From: Rickettsiales bacterium
GTDB taxonomy: Bacteria; Pseudomonadota; Alphaproteobacteria; Rickettsiales; JABIRX01
Length of the DNA: 64,000 bases
Assembly: GCA_018659145.1 (NCBI GenBank)
Contig: JABJNB010000085.1
Location: forward strand, 124-64,123
Direction: 5' to 3'
The notes under the pieces were generated by a model. It made no database searches, was not told the DNA's origin, and saw nothing but the letters and a program-made list of their open reading frames with translations. Position numbers and translations under genes: made by a program. Shown here in pieces: positions 37,035 to 45,413 of this stretch. Numbering within the stretch: position 1 is the first letter of the stretch; each line of letters starts with the position of its first letter.

Positions 37035-38261
37035 ATGCAAATCAATGAAATTTTCTGGCCAAATTTTTTAGGAGCACATGATATTGAGATGGGTCTTGAT
37101 AGAGTTCTTGATTTTGCTATAGCGGTTGGTAACCCACAAAAATATTTAAAAAATCTAGTCCATGTGGCTGGCACTAATGGTAAGGGGTCAACAATTAGTT
37201 TTTTAGAAGCTATGCTCAGGAGCGCAGGATATAGTGTTAACGTCTATACATCACCGCATTTAGTGCATTTTAATGAACGTATAAAGTTAAATGGATATTA
37301 TATTAGTGATAGCGAGTTAATTGGTATTTTAAAGAGGTGCCAAGAGATTGAAGAAAAGCAGCCGGGCAAAGTTACTTTTTTTGAGGGCACTACAATGGCG
37401 GCATTACTTGCATTTGCTAAATTCCCCGCTGATTTTACTTTGATTGAAACGGGATTAGGGGGGCGTCTTGATGCGACTAACATTTTTGAACATAAGTTAT
37501 TATCCATTATCACCTTTATAGCTCAAGATCACGAAGAGTACCTAGGTAGTGATATTCTGGGGATAGCTGGTGAGAAAGCAGCGATTATGGATAATTCTGA
37601 TGTGGTTATATTGGCTAAGCAGGATGCAAATGTGCAGCAATTTTTAATTAACTATGCAGAAAAACGAGATAAAACCATAATGGAGAGTGGGGAGGTTTGT
37701 AAAGATCTGTTAGTCCAAGACTTGCCATTACTTGGCGCTCATCAAATTGATAATTTTAAGGCAGCTTTTACCGCCCTGACTCTTTTGGTTGGTATTGAGA
37801 AGGCTAAAGTTGGATATGATGGTTATAAAAGGTATTTTGCTTGGCCGGCCCGGATGCAGGAAATTTTATTTAAGGATGTGGTTAGTCGCTTAAAGCCGGG
37901 ATCTAAAGTTTATTTAGATGGGGCGCATAATGTTGCGGCAGGTTCTAAGATTGCGGAATATCTGGGGCCGGAATCTCATAAATATGCTAAAATCTATCTT
38001 ATTTGTAATCAGACGAAGGATCGTAACATAGAGGAGTTCTTAGCAGAATTCAGTAATATAAATTTAGATTGTTATTCTTATCACTTTGACCATACAAGAC
38101 CTTTTTATAAGGAGTCAGAGTTGAGAGATATGTTAGGCAATACTCATAAAGGTGGGTTTTATAATTGGGATGATGTCTGGAAGTTAGACCGGGGTAATAG
38201 CTTATTTTTAATTTGCGGATCGCTTTTTCTGGCGGGTCATTTTTTAGCAAATTATTCATAA
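37035..38261 (+). CDS. folC: Bifunctional folylpolyglutamate synthase / dihydrofolate synthase
   Basis: Mur-ligase P-loop HVAGTNGKGST, then TSPHL, ETGLGGRLDATN and DGAHN. Confidence 0.9.
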   Translation: MQINEIFWPNFLGAHDIEMGLDRVLDFAIAVGNPQKYLKNLVHVAGTNGKGSTISFLEAMLRSAGYSVNVYTSPHLVHFNERIKLNGYYISDSELIGILKRCQEIEEKQPGKVTFFEGTTMAALLAFAKFPADFTLIETGLGGRLDATNIFEHKLLSIITFIAQDHEEYLGSDILGIAGEKAAIMDNSDVVILAKQDANVQQFLINYAEKRDKTIMESGEVCKDLLVQDLPLLGAHQIDNFKAAFTALTLLVGIEKAKVGYDGYKRYFAWPARMQEILFKDVVSRLKPGSKVYLDGAHNVAAGSKIAEYLGPESHKYAKIYLICNQTKDRNIEEFLAEFSNINLDCYSYHFDHTRPFYKESELRDMLGNTHKGGFYNWDDVWKLDRGNSLFLICGSLFLAGHFLANYS

Positions 38262-38328
38262 ATTGTCCTTTTTACTTGATTGGAAGGAGGGTTGCTATTA
38301 TCTAGATGAGATCAAGATATAAGGAGTA

Positions 38329-39750
38329 ATGCAGAATTTTTATAATTTAATATTAGCTGGCGGAAGCGGCACGAGGCTTTGGCCCCTATCGAGGCAGACA
38401 TATCCTAAGCAGTTTATTAATTTTTTTGGCGAAAAGTCACTTTTTCAAGATACTTGTTTACGTGATAAATTGCATGAGAAGACAATTATCGCTACGGGCG
38501 AGAATCATCGTTTCTCAGTTCTGAATCAATTGAAACAAATAGGCTTGGATGCTGAAATTTTGGTAGAGCCTGATATCCGGGATACTTTTCCTATTATCTT
38601 GCTTTCAGCTCTTTATTTGAATAGCAAAGACCCTGAGAGTATTATGCTTGTTTTGGCATCGGATCATATAATCAAAGATGCGGATAAATTTAACAAAATT
38701 ATATCAAGCTCTATTCCAGCAGCCGAGGCTGGCTACTTTGTTACATTCGGGATTAAGCCTGATAGTCCAAATACAGGTTATGGGTATATTGAAAAATCAG
38801 ATAAGTTAGAGTTGGGCAAAGGGGAGCATAATTGTTATAAAGTAAAACAATTTCATGAAAAGCCGGACAAGGTAAAGGCGGAGGAATATTTATCTCAAGG
38901 TGATTGCTTTTGGAATTCTGGGATTTTTCTTTTTAAGACAGAAAGCTTTCTGAAGAAAATTAAAGAGACTTCACCTGATCTATATAGTTTGGCAGAGAAG
39001 AATATAGATGCCTTAACTAACTTAGCAGAATTTAAGCGTTTTAATAAGGAGTTATTTTGTCAATTCCCAAAAATCTCAATCGATTATGCTTATCTTGAAA
39101 AGGCGGATAATGTTGCAGTGAGTATTGCAGATATTGATTGGAATGATCTTGGGAGTTATGAAAGCTTGCATGATGTGGCAGATAAAGATCAAAACAATAA
39201 CTTTGCTGATTGCGAGTTGATAGCAAAAAATTCGACTAATCTGTTTATTAAGCAGGAGAATAAAGGTAAGTTGGTTGCAACTATAGGAGTTAGCGACTTG
39301 ATAATTATTGATACAAATGACGCTCTTCTAATAGCTAAACAGGGCGATAGTGGTTCTATCAAAGCTTTGGTCAATCAGCTGAAGAGCGTTGGTGATGAGC
39401 GAGTAAAATATCATAGCCTTAATTATAGGCCTTGGGGCAAGTATGTATCACTTGTAAAAGGCGATCATTTTCAGGTAAAAGAAATAACGGTTTATCCAGG
39501 GGGATTGTTATCGCTTCAATATCATCATTATAGATCGGAACATTGGATAGTGGTTGAGGGGACTGCGAAAGTTGAGATTGATGGAAAAATTAGTATTCTA
39601 AATGCTAATCAATCAATTTACATACCAAAAGAAGTGAGGCATCGTTTAACTAATGAGACTGATCAACCTCTTAAACTGATAGAAGTGCAAACGGGCGATA
39701 AAATTGATGAGGATGATATTGTTAGATTGGAAGATATTTATGGGAGGTAG
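38329..39750 (+). CDS. manC: Mannose-1-phosphate guanylyltransferase / mannose-6-phosphate isomerase (type II PMI)
   Basis: N-terminal LAGGSGTRLWPLSR nucleotidyltransferase motif. C-terminal cupin with RPWGKY, QYHHYRSEHWIVVEGTA and RHRLTN. Confidence 0.92.
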   Translation: MQNFYNLILAGGSGTRLWPLSRQTYPKQFINFFGEKSLFQDTCLRDKLHEKTIIATGENHRFSVLNQLKQIGLDAEILVEPDIRDTFPIILLSALYLNSKDPESIMLVLASDHIIKDADKFNKIISSSIPAAEAGYFVTFGIKPDSPNTGYGYIEKSDKLELGKGEHNCYKVKQFHEKPDKVKAEEYLSQGDCFWNSGIFLFKTESFLKKIKETSPDLYSLAEKNIDALTNLAEFKRFNKELFCQFPKISIDYAYLEKADNVAVSIADIDWNDLGSYESLHDVADKDQNNNFADCELIAKNSTNLFIKQENKGKLVATIGVSDLIIIDTNDALLIAKQGDSGSIKALVNQLKSVGDERVKYHSLNYRPWGKYVSLVKGDHFQVKEITVYPGGLLSLQYHHYRSEHWIVVEGTAKVEIDGKISILNANQSIYIPKEVRHRLTNETDQPLKLIEVQTGDKIDEDDIVRLEDIYGR

Positions 39751-39857
39751 TATCTCTATCAGGAGAGAAATTTTGTGGAGGAGAGAAGTTAAGAAAGCTA
39801 TTCTTTCTGTGTGCAGGATTTATATGTCCTTACGCCCAGTTTTTACCAATGAGTTAA

Positions 39858-40271
39858 TCACATATTAGCTTTAATAATATATAAAGTCCCAGCAAGTGCA
39901 AAGCCTAAGCCGTATCCAGCAATAACCTCAATCATATTATGTCCTGTTTTCTCTCTGAGATTTTGGATTTTCTGATTATCGGGAAATATTTCCTTTAGAG
40001 CCACAGCTTGCTTGCCGATTTTATTTCTAGTATCCATCGAATCGATAGCAATAATAGTAGCTACAACAAACATGATGCCAAAATTGCTAGTGAAGCCCTC
40101 AGATAGAGCTATATAAAACAACATGGAGCTTGTTATAGTGTTGTGGGTGCTAGGAATTCCGCCAAGGCCTATGGCTTTAAAATTTAGTGATTTGGCTTTT
40201 ATTGAATTGATTAAGAATTTTAATGATCCTGCTGCGAGATAGGCCAGGATCGGCAATATTAAATACACCAT
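39858..40271 (-). CDS. Divergent PAP2 family (DUF212/YuiD-like) membrane phosphatase-related protein
   Basis: GGIPSTHNT, IDSMDTRNKIGKQA and GHNMIEVIAG parallel GGMPSSHSA, YDA.GVRR..G.QA and GHTP.EV.AG of the YuiD family. 137 aa with 3-4 TM helices. Confidence 0.8.
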   Translation of the reverse strand: MVYLILPILAYLAAGSLKFLINSIKAKSLNFKAIGLGGIPSTHNTITSSMLFYIALSEGFTSNFGIMFVVATIIAIDSMDTRNKIGKQAVALKEIFPDNQKIQNLREKTGHNMIEVIAGYGLGFALAGTLYIIKANM

Positions 40272-40285
40272 TATACAAATATGTG

Positions 40286-41344
40286 TTAAATCTTTAAATT
40301 ATTAGCCAAGCACCATTTGATACTCTCATGCATACCTTGCTTTAAAGCTAGAATCGGCTGGTAGCCCAACTCTGCTTTTGCCTTGCTGATATCACAAGCA
40401 ATATTCTGATTCATTTCAGATAGGACATGTATTTTTTGTTGATACAAACCACATGTTTGCAGAGTCTTGTCAGCAAGCCTTGCGCAATCAGAAATAATAG
40501 CTGGTAGGCGTGGTATTGATGTTTTGGTATCAATACCTAATTCGCTCAGAACTTCTTGAATAGTTTTGACAATTTCATTCATAGAATATGGCTCTTCATC
40601 AGCTATCCAGTAAACCTCACCAATAGCTTTCTTCGAAGCGGCGCTTAGCAGCATACCAAGTGCTAAGCTATCCACATAGGCCATAGATCTTTGATTAGTT
40701 CCATCTCCTAGAATAGGAAACTTCCCATTTTTTATCATTGAAAAAAACAAAGTTTGCCTAGCTGGCTGACCTGGTCCGTAGAACCATGGCGCTCTAATGA
40801 TGGTAATTTCTGGAGTATTAGATTGTGTCATAAAATCTTGCAGTCCTAGCTCCATCAACTTTTTAGATAATCCATATTTCATATAAGGATTAAATTCATC
40901 TGTTTCTGTGAATTTATGGGTATTATTGGGGTTGCAGCCAAGTGGTGAGTTGGATGACATGATAACAAGTCGCTTAACTTTATTTTCTTTTGCAATATTT
41001 ACTAAATTTAACGAAGCTTTATAGTTGATATCAAAAAAATCTTTAGTTCTAAGTTTTGGATGAATAATTCCTGCTAGATGGATTACTAAGGCACCTTCAG
41101 AATTTTCAAACAGAGATTTTAATGAGTTATTATCTCGTATATCTCCGTTTACGATTTTTATTTTATCATCAAGAATGAGAGCTTTAGTATCTTCTCCTGT
41201 TGGAACTAGGCAGATTATTTCTTGCTGATGCTTTGCTGCGCTTATTTCTTTGATTTGATTGCGGATAGCTAAAACCACTCTTTTGCCGAGCCAGCCAGTT
41301 GCGCCGGTAATTATAATTTTATTATAGGAATTTAAATTTATCAT
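40286..41344 (-). CDS. Extended SDR, NAD-dependent epimerase/dehydratase family
   Basis: Rossmann motif ITGATGWLGKR and catalytic YGLSK (YxxxK). 352 aa. Confidence 0.85.
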   Translation of the reverse strand: MINLNSYNKIIITGATGWLGKRVVLAIRNQIKEISAAKHQQEIICLVPTGEDTKALILDDKIKIVNGDIRDNNSLKSLFENSEGALVIHLAGIIHPKLRTKDFFDINYKASLNLVNIAKENKVKRLVIMSSNSPLGCNPNNTHKFTETDEFNPYMKYGLSKKLMELGLQDFMTQSNTPEITIIRAPWFYGPGQPARQTLFFSMIKNGKFPILGDGTNQRSMAYVDSLALGMLLSAASKKAIGEVYWIADEEPYSMNEIVKTIQEVLSELGIDTKTSIPRLPAIISDCARLADKTLQTCGLYQQKIHVLSEMNQNIACDISKAKAELGYQPILALKQGMHESIKWCLANNLKI

Positions 41345-41350
41345 GAGTTT

Positions 41351-42223
41351 CTAGTAAATTAAGATAGCAAAGATTATTGACCAAATAATAAGCGTATTAC
41401 GCATTAATTGATCATGGATAATTAAGTCTGTTGGTGAGTCTCCTTGAATATCAACTAAGACAGCTTGATTGAACCTGATGAGGATAATAGCTGCTGGAAT
41501 AATTGTGATACCAAGATATTGGCCAAATTTGGCTATTCCATAATCTGAGAAACAAAATAGCAAATATGATGTTAGGGTAACGCTTGAAACTATGCTTAAA
41601 ATATTATCTAAAAAAGCTAAGTTATATCTAGCTAGTGATTTTCTTTGCAAATCTTTATCATTGTTTAATGCAATATCAGCTCTTCTTTTGCCCGTGACCA
41701 ACAGCAGTGACGCTGATGCTGTGCACATAATGATCCATGGGCTTAAAGTTAGATCTAATATTACTGCTCCAGCAAAAAGCCTAAGCACAAAGCCTGATGC
41801 CACAAAGAATAATTCAAGAATTGGCTGTGCTTTAAAATAGAAGCTATAGGCAAGATTAATTGCTAGGTAGAGTAGCAAAATTTGGGTGAAGCCCAAGTCC
41901 CATGGAGTGATATAATAAATAGCCGATAATGCAGCAAATAAACCAATAATTATTAGATATGCATTCTGGATTGATATAGCTCCGCTTGCCAGAGGTCTAA
42001 ACTTTTTGGTCTTATGTTTTTGATCAGCAGATTTATCTCTAATATCATTTATGATATAGACAATGGAAGACATTAGGCAGAAAACAACAAATCCTATAAT
42101 AGCTATCTTCAGATTAGGTAGTTGTAGTAGGGAGCCATCAAAAAATAATGGTATAAAAACAATAAGGTTTTTTACCCATTGCTTGATTCGAATTAGTGAG
42201 AGAATTGCTAATAAGTTTATCAT
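41351..42223 (-). CDS. UbiA-family polyprenyl-phosphate phosphoribosyltransferase (decaprenyl-phosphate 5-phosphoribosyltransferase-like)
   Basis: IRIKQWVKNLIV, YIINDIRDKSADQKHKTKKFRPLASG, GKRRADI and RKSLARYN track (from memory) M. tuberculosis Rv3806c IRPRQWVKNVLV, YLVNDVRDVEADREHPTKRFRPIAAG, GKRYAEL and RKSLESYT. About 8 TM helices. Confidence 0.85.
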   Translation of the reverse strand: MINLLAILSLIRIKQWVKNLIVFIPLFFDGSLLQLPNLKIAIIGFVVFCLMSSIVYIINDIRDKSADQKHKTKKFRPLASGAISIQNAYLIIIGLFAALSAIYYITPWDLGFTQILLLYLAINLAYSFYFKAQPILELFFVASGFVLRLFAGAVILDLTLSPWIIMCTASASLLLVTGKRRADIALNNDKDLQRKSLARYNLAFLDNILSIVSSVTLTSYLLFCFSDYGIAKFGQYLGITIIPAAIILIRFNQAVLVDIQGDSPTDLIIHDQLMRNTLIIWSIIFAILIY

Positions 42224-43680
42224 ATTGAGGTTTTGTAATTATATAAAAAATGCTTAATGTTACGCAAAGTTATAGCCATTATGGTTGCTTGTGGATTTGT
42301 ACCTGGTGCCTCAGGTATAATGCTCCCATCGGCAATAAACAAGTTTTTTATATTATGTAACTTGCCATAAGAATCTACAGCCGTGAGCGCTTTATTCTCG
42401 CCCATAGGACATGAGCTAAAGAGATGGATTGTCATTAGGTTATAATGCTTAAGTGCATAATGCGGGATATCACATTGGTATTTTTTATAGGTTGAATAGG
42501 CAGTGGATCCATAGATTGATGGGAAAACTTTCTTTGCATCAGAGGCGAACATTGCTTGCATCAAATAGTCCAAGCCTAATTTAATTTTGCCCCAATCATT
42601 TTTCGATAAATCATATTTTACAATAGGGTTATTAATATTGGGCAAAGCTATAATTTTACCGGATGACTCTGGCCGGATCATTGCATAATAAATACCTAAT
42701 TTATCGATATTTGGGATAAGGTTTTGGCGCCGCTCAAAATCTTCAGCAATATTCATGGCAACAAAACCAGGTTTCATGACGGAGCCACCAATTCTGATAT
42801 CTGGCATGAATTCTGTAATGGCTGTTTGCGGGACAGGATTAAATGGCATGGAGGTCACTGCGTCATTAAATTGCGCAATTGCTTTTATTGTTGGATGAAT
42901 CTTTAAACTATTACCAATATTATGATCCAGGCCATTTGTTTTAAGTAAAAATGGTGTTTGTATTGCCCCGCAACAGATAAAGATGTATTTTGTCTTGATG
43001 GAGATATTGCATTTTTTGCCATCATAATTTATCGCCGTGCCGGAGGCTTTAGTGACGGATCCATCTTTGATTGTTAAATTGGTGATTTTGCATTTAGCAA
43101 TTAACCTACCACCCATTCTTATAAATTCAGGGATTAGAGTTTTACTCATTGATTGCTTCTGATTATTCTTTTCAGCACGTTCAATTTGAGTTATTCTCCA
43201 ATTATTTTCTTTTCCTGCTTGTTTTAGAATTTCTTCTTCTTTAGCGAGTTTTGTTTTTTTAGTAGCATTGAGCAAGGTAAATATTTCGTCGTAATATGGC
43301 TTAAGGGATTTAGCTGAGAAATCTTTTATATCATATTTTTTTTGCCATGTATCTAGCAAATTATCTGGGCATTTTTGGACTAATCCACTATTTATTTCTG
43401 TACCACCACCAACGCATCTGCCTTCTGCATATGATATTGGAGGCTTGCCAAAGCAGGCTGTGATTCCGCCATTCCGCCATTTTTCTGTAAAATTCTTATA
43501 TTCTTTTGCATTTGGCTGCTTGGCATAATTGCCCTCTTCGGCCAAGATGACATCAATATTATTTTTAGCTAATTCCGATGCAACGAGACTACCACCAGCG
43601 CCAGATCCTATTACTAAAACATCGCAAGACAAATTACAATTATCTGATATTAGATGCGAGCCCGAGTTATGCATTTTCAT
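42220..43680 (-). CDS. GMC-family FAD-dependent oxidoreductase
   Basis: FAD motif DVLVIGSGAGGSLVA..LAEEG, then GRCVGGGTEINSG. C-terminal GMC signature HLFSSCPMG...NLFIADGSIIPEAPGTNPQATIMA. Confidence 0.88.
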   Translation of the reverse strand: MKMHNSGSHLISDNCNLSCDVLVIGSGAGGSLVASELAKNNIDVILAEEGNYAKQPNAKEYKNFTEKWRNGGITACFGKPPISYAEGRCVGGGTEINSGLVQKCPDNLLDTWQKKYDIKDFSAKSLKPYYDEIFTLLNATKKTKLAKEEEILKQAGKENNWRITQIERAEKNNQKQSMSKTLIPEFIRMGGRLIAKCKITNLTIKDGSVTKASGTAINYDGKKCNISIKTKYIFICCGAIQTPFLLKTNGLDHNIGNSLKIHPTIKAIAQFNDAVTSMPFNPVPQTAITEFMPDIRIGGSVMKPGFVAMNIAEDFERRQNLIPNIDKLGIYYAMIRPESSGKIIALPNINNPIVKYDLSKNDWGKIKLGLDYLMQAMFASDAKKVFPSIYGSTAYSTYKKYQCDIPHYALKHYNLMTIHLFSSCPMGENKALTAVDSYGKLHNIKNLFIADGSIIPEAPGTNPQATIMAITLRNIKHFLYNYKTSI

Positions 43681-44029
43681 AAATCTTATTTAAGATTACA
43701 TCCTGCTCGTAAAAACAAAGTAAGGTTAGGGATCTAATTAATCTAAGATATATTTTGCCATATGGGATAAAGGTAAAAATTTTACAAAGTTTACGATGCT
43801 GCTTCTTTGTTAGAGAGGTTGAAAATTTAGCAAATAGTAAGATGCCCAGAAAATGGTAAAATATAGTTAGGCAATTAATAGCAATATTTACGGGAAAGGG
43901 CAGGATGGATAATTCTTTTTTGATAAAGGAGGATGTTACTTGCATTATGTCACTTACCTCCTGATCCGATAATTTGTAATTAGATGGAATAATTATCTGC
44001 AATAGTAAGCCAGATATATTAAACATCAT
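43667..44029 (-). CDS. Small hydrophobic protein, unknown function (translationally coupled to the GMC oxidoreductase)
   Basis: 120-aa ORF overlapping both neighbours (by 11 nt upstream and 14 nt downstream). It has one or two hydrophobic helices (PVNIAINCLTIFYHFLGILLFA). No motif recognised. Confidence 0.55.
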   Translation of the reverse strand: MMFNISGLLLQIIIPSNYKLSDQEVSDIMQVTSSFIKKELSILPFPVNIAINCLTIFYHFLGILLFAKFSTSLTKKQHRKLCKIFTFIPYGKIYLRLIRSLTLLCFYEQDVILNKIYENA

Positions 44030-44369
44030 GCGCTATTAGAATCATGCCTATCGTAATGGCGATTAAACCAGAGATTTGCCAAATACCAAATGTTTCTTTA
44101 AATATTAAAAATGATGCTACAGAGAGTAAGGCAAATCCTGAAGATGCTAAAATTGGGTAACCAACTGATACTGGTAAATAATCAAGTGCTTTGGCGAAAA
44201 TAACTAAATTAATAACATAAAAAAAGATTGCCCCAACAAAATATGGGGATAGCAGCTTTAGCATCCATGATGTTTCTTCTGCCGTTGTGATCCGGCTATA
44301 TTTGAGCAATAAATTCCCAATAGTTGAATTGATTCCTGCTATTAATACTAAGATAATGCCTATGCTCAT
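44019..44369 (-). CDS. SMR/EamA-type 4-TM protein, ArnE/ArnF-like (polyprenyl-phosphate-sugar flippase subunit candidate)
   Basis: 116 aa with four TM helices. LDYLPVSVGYPILASSGFALLSV parallels the ArnE block LQNVPVGIAYPMLSLNFV. Confidence 0.7.
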   Translation of the reverse strand: MSIGIILVLIAGINSTIGNLLLKYSRITTAEETSWMLKLLSPYFVGAIFFYVINLVIFAKALDYLPVSVGYPILASSGFALLSVASFLIFKETFGIWQISGLIAITIGMILIAHDV

Positions 44370-45407
44370 TTAGATAATATATTTGATTATTGATAAACAT
44401 TTTTGTTTTAATGCAGATTGATGTTTTGATCCAGTAGAATATTTTCCGGCTAAAATAGCCTCTCTATTTTCGACATACCAATCATAAGTTTCTTGGAACA
44501 TTTTATAGCTAGAATATTGCGGTTTGAAACCAAGTAGTTTCTCAGCCTTGCTTATATCAAAATACATTGATCTACCATACATAAGTGAATGATAGCCACC
44601 AAGAGGCGATAGACCGAGTAAGCTTGTTACCTTCATTCCTGCGATAGTTAATCCCATTGGGACTGATTTTACTTTGCTTCCAGTGCCTGCATGCTTAGTT
44701 AAATTTTCTAACGTGTCACGCATTGAAGAAAATTCTTTAGCGCCGATATTAAAATCAGTATTTTCTTGATAAAACCCGGCTGCTATACAAGCATCCGCCA
44801 TATCGCTACTATGGATAAATTGATAAATATTATCGCCGCTACCAAGTACTGGAATATTGTAACCTTGATAGATCCATTCAAATAAAATTTGGAAAATACC
44901 AAGCCTGCCATGACCTAAAATTGTTCTAGGTCGTACAATAGAGATATTTAAACCTTTCTCTTTATATTCATGACATAATTCTTCTGCAGCATATTTGGCT
45001 TTACCATACTCCTCTTGTGGACTTGCTGAAGTTTGCTCGGTTACAGGATTATTTTCTGGCACGCCATAAACAGCGCTTGAAGAAGTATAAACAACTTTGG
45101 GAACGTTATTCTCTAAAGCTGCTTCTAAGATATTTTTGCTACCCTCATAATTAACTGACCAAAATAAGGCATTATCTTTTGCGATAGGAACTTGGGCGAC
45201 ATTGTGATGAATGATATCTATATTTTTGCAGGCATTATTTATTTGCTCGTAATTTCGTATATCACCTTGAATAAAGGTGAGATTCTTGTGATCGAATCCA
45301 GGCTTGTTCAGATCGAAAATTGTAACGTTATGGTCTTGATCTAGTAATTTTCTTGAAAGCGCTTCACCAAAAAAACCGCTGCCGCCTGTAACTAAAAGAT
45401 TGGTCAT
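44370..45407 (-). CDS. Extended SDR, NAD-dependent sugar epimerase/dehydratase/reductase family
   Basis: LLVTGGSGFFGEAL, catalytic YGKAKYAAE, and the SS triad region TSSSAVYG. 345 aa. Confidence 0.88.
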   Translation of the reverse strand: MTNLLVTGGSGFFGEALSRKLLDQDHNVTIFDLNKPGFDHKNLTFIQGDIRNYEQINNACKNIDIIHHNVAQVPIAKDNALFWSVNYEGSKNILEAALENNVPKVVYTSSSAVYGVPENNPVTEQTSASPQEEYGKAKYAAEELCHEYKEKGLNISIVRPRTILGHGRLGIFQILFEWIYQGYNIPVLGSGDNIYQFIHSSDMADACIAAGFYQENTDFNIGAKEFSSMRDTLENLTKHAGTGSKVKSVPMGLTIAGMKVTSLLGLSPLGGYHSLMYGRSMYFDISKAEKLLGFKPQYSSYKMFQETYDWYVENREAILAGKYSTGSKHQSALKQKCLSIIKYII

Positions 45408-45413
45408 TATTGT

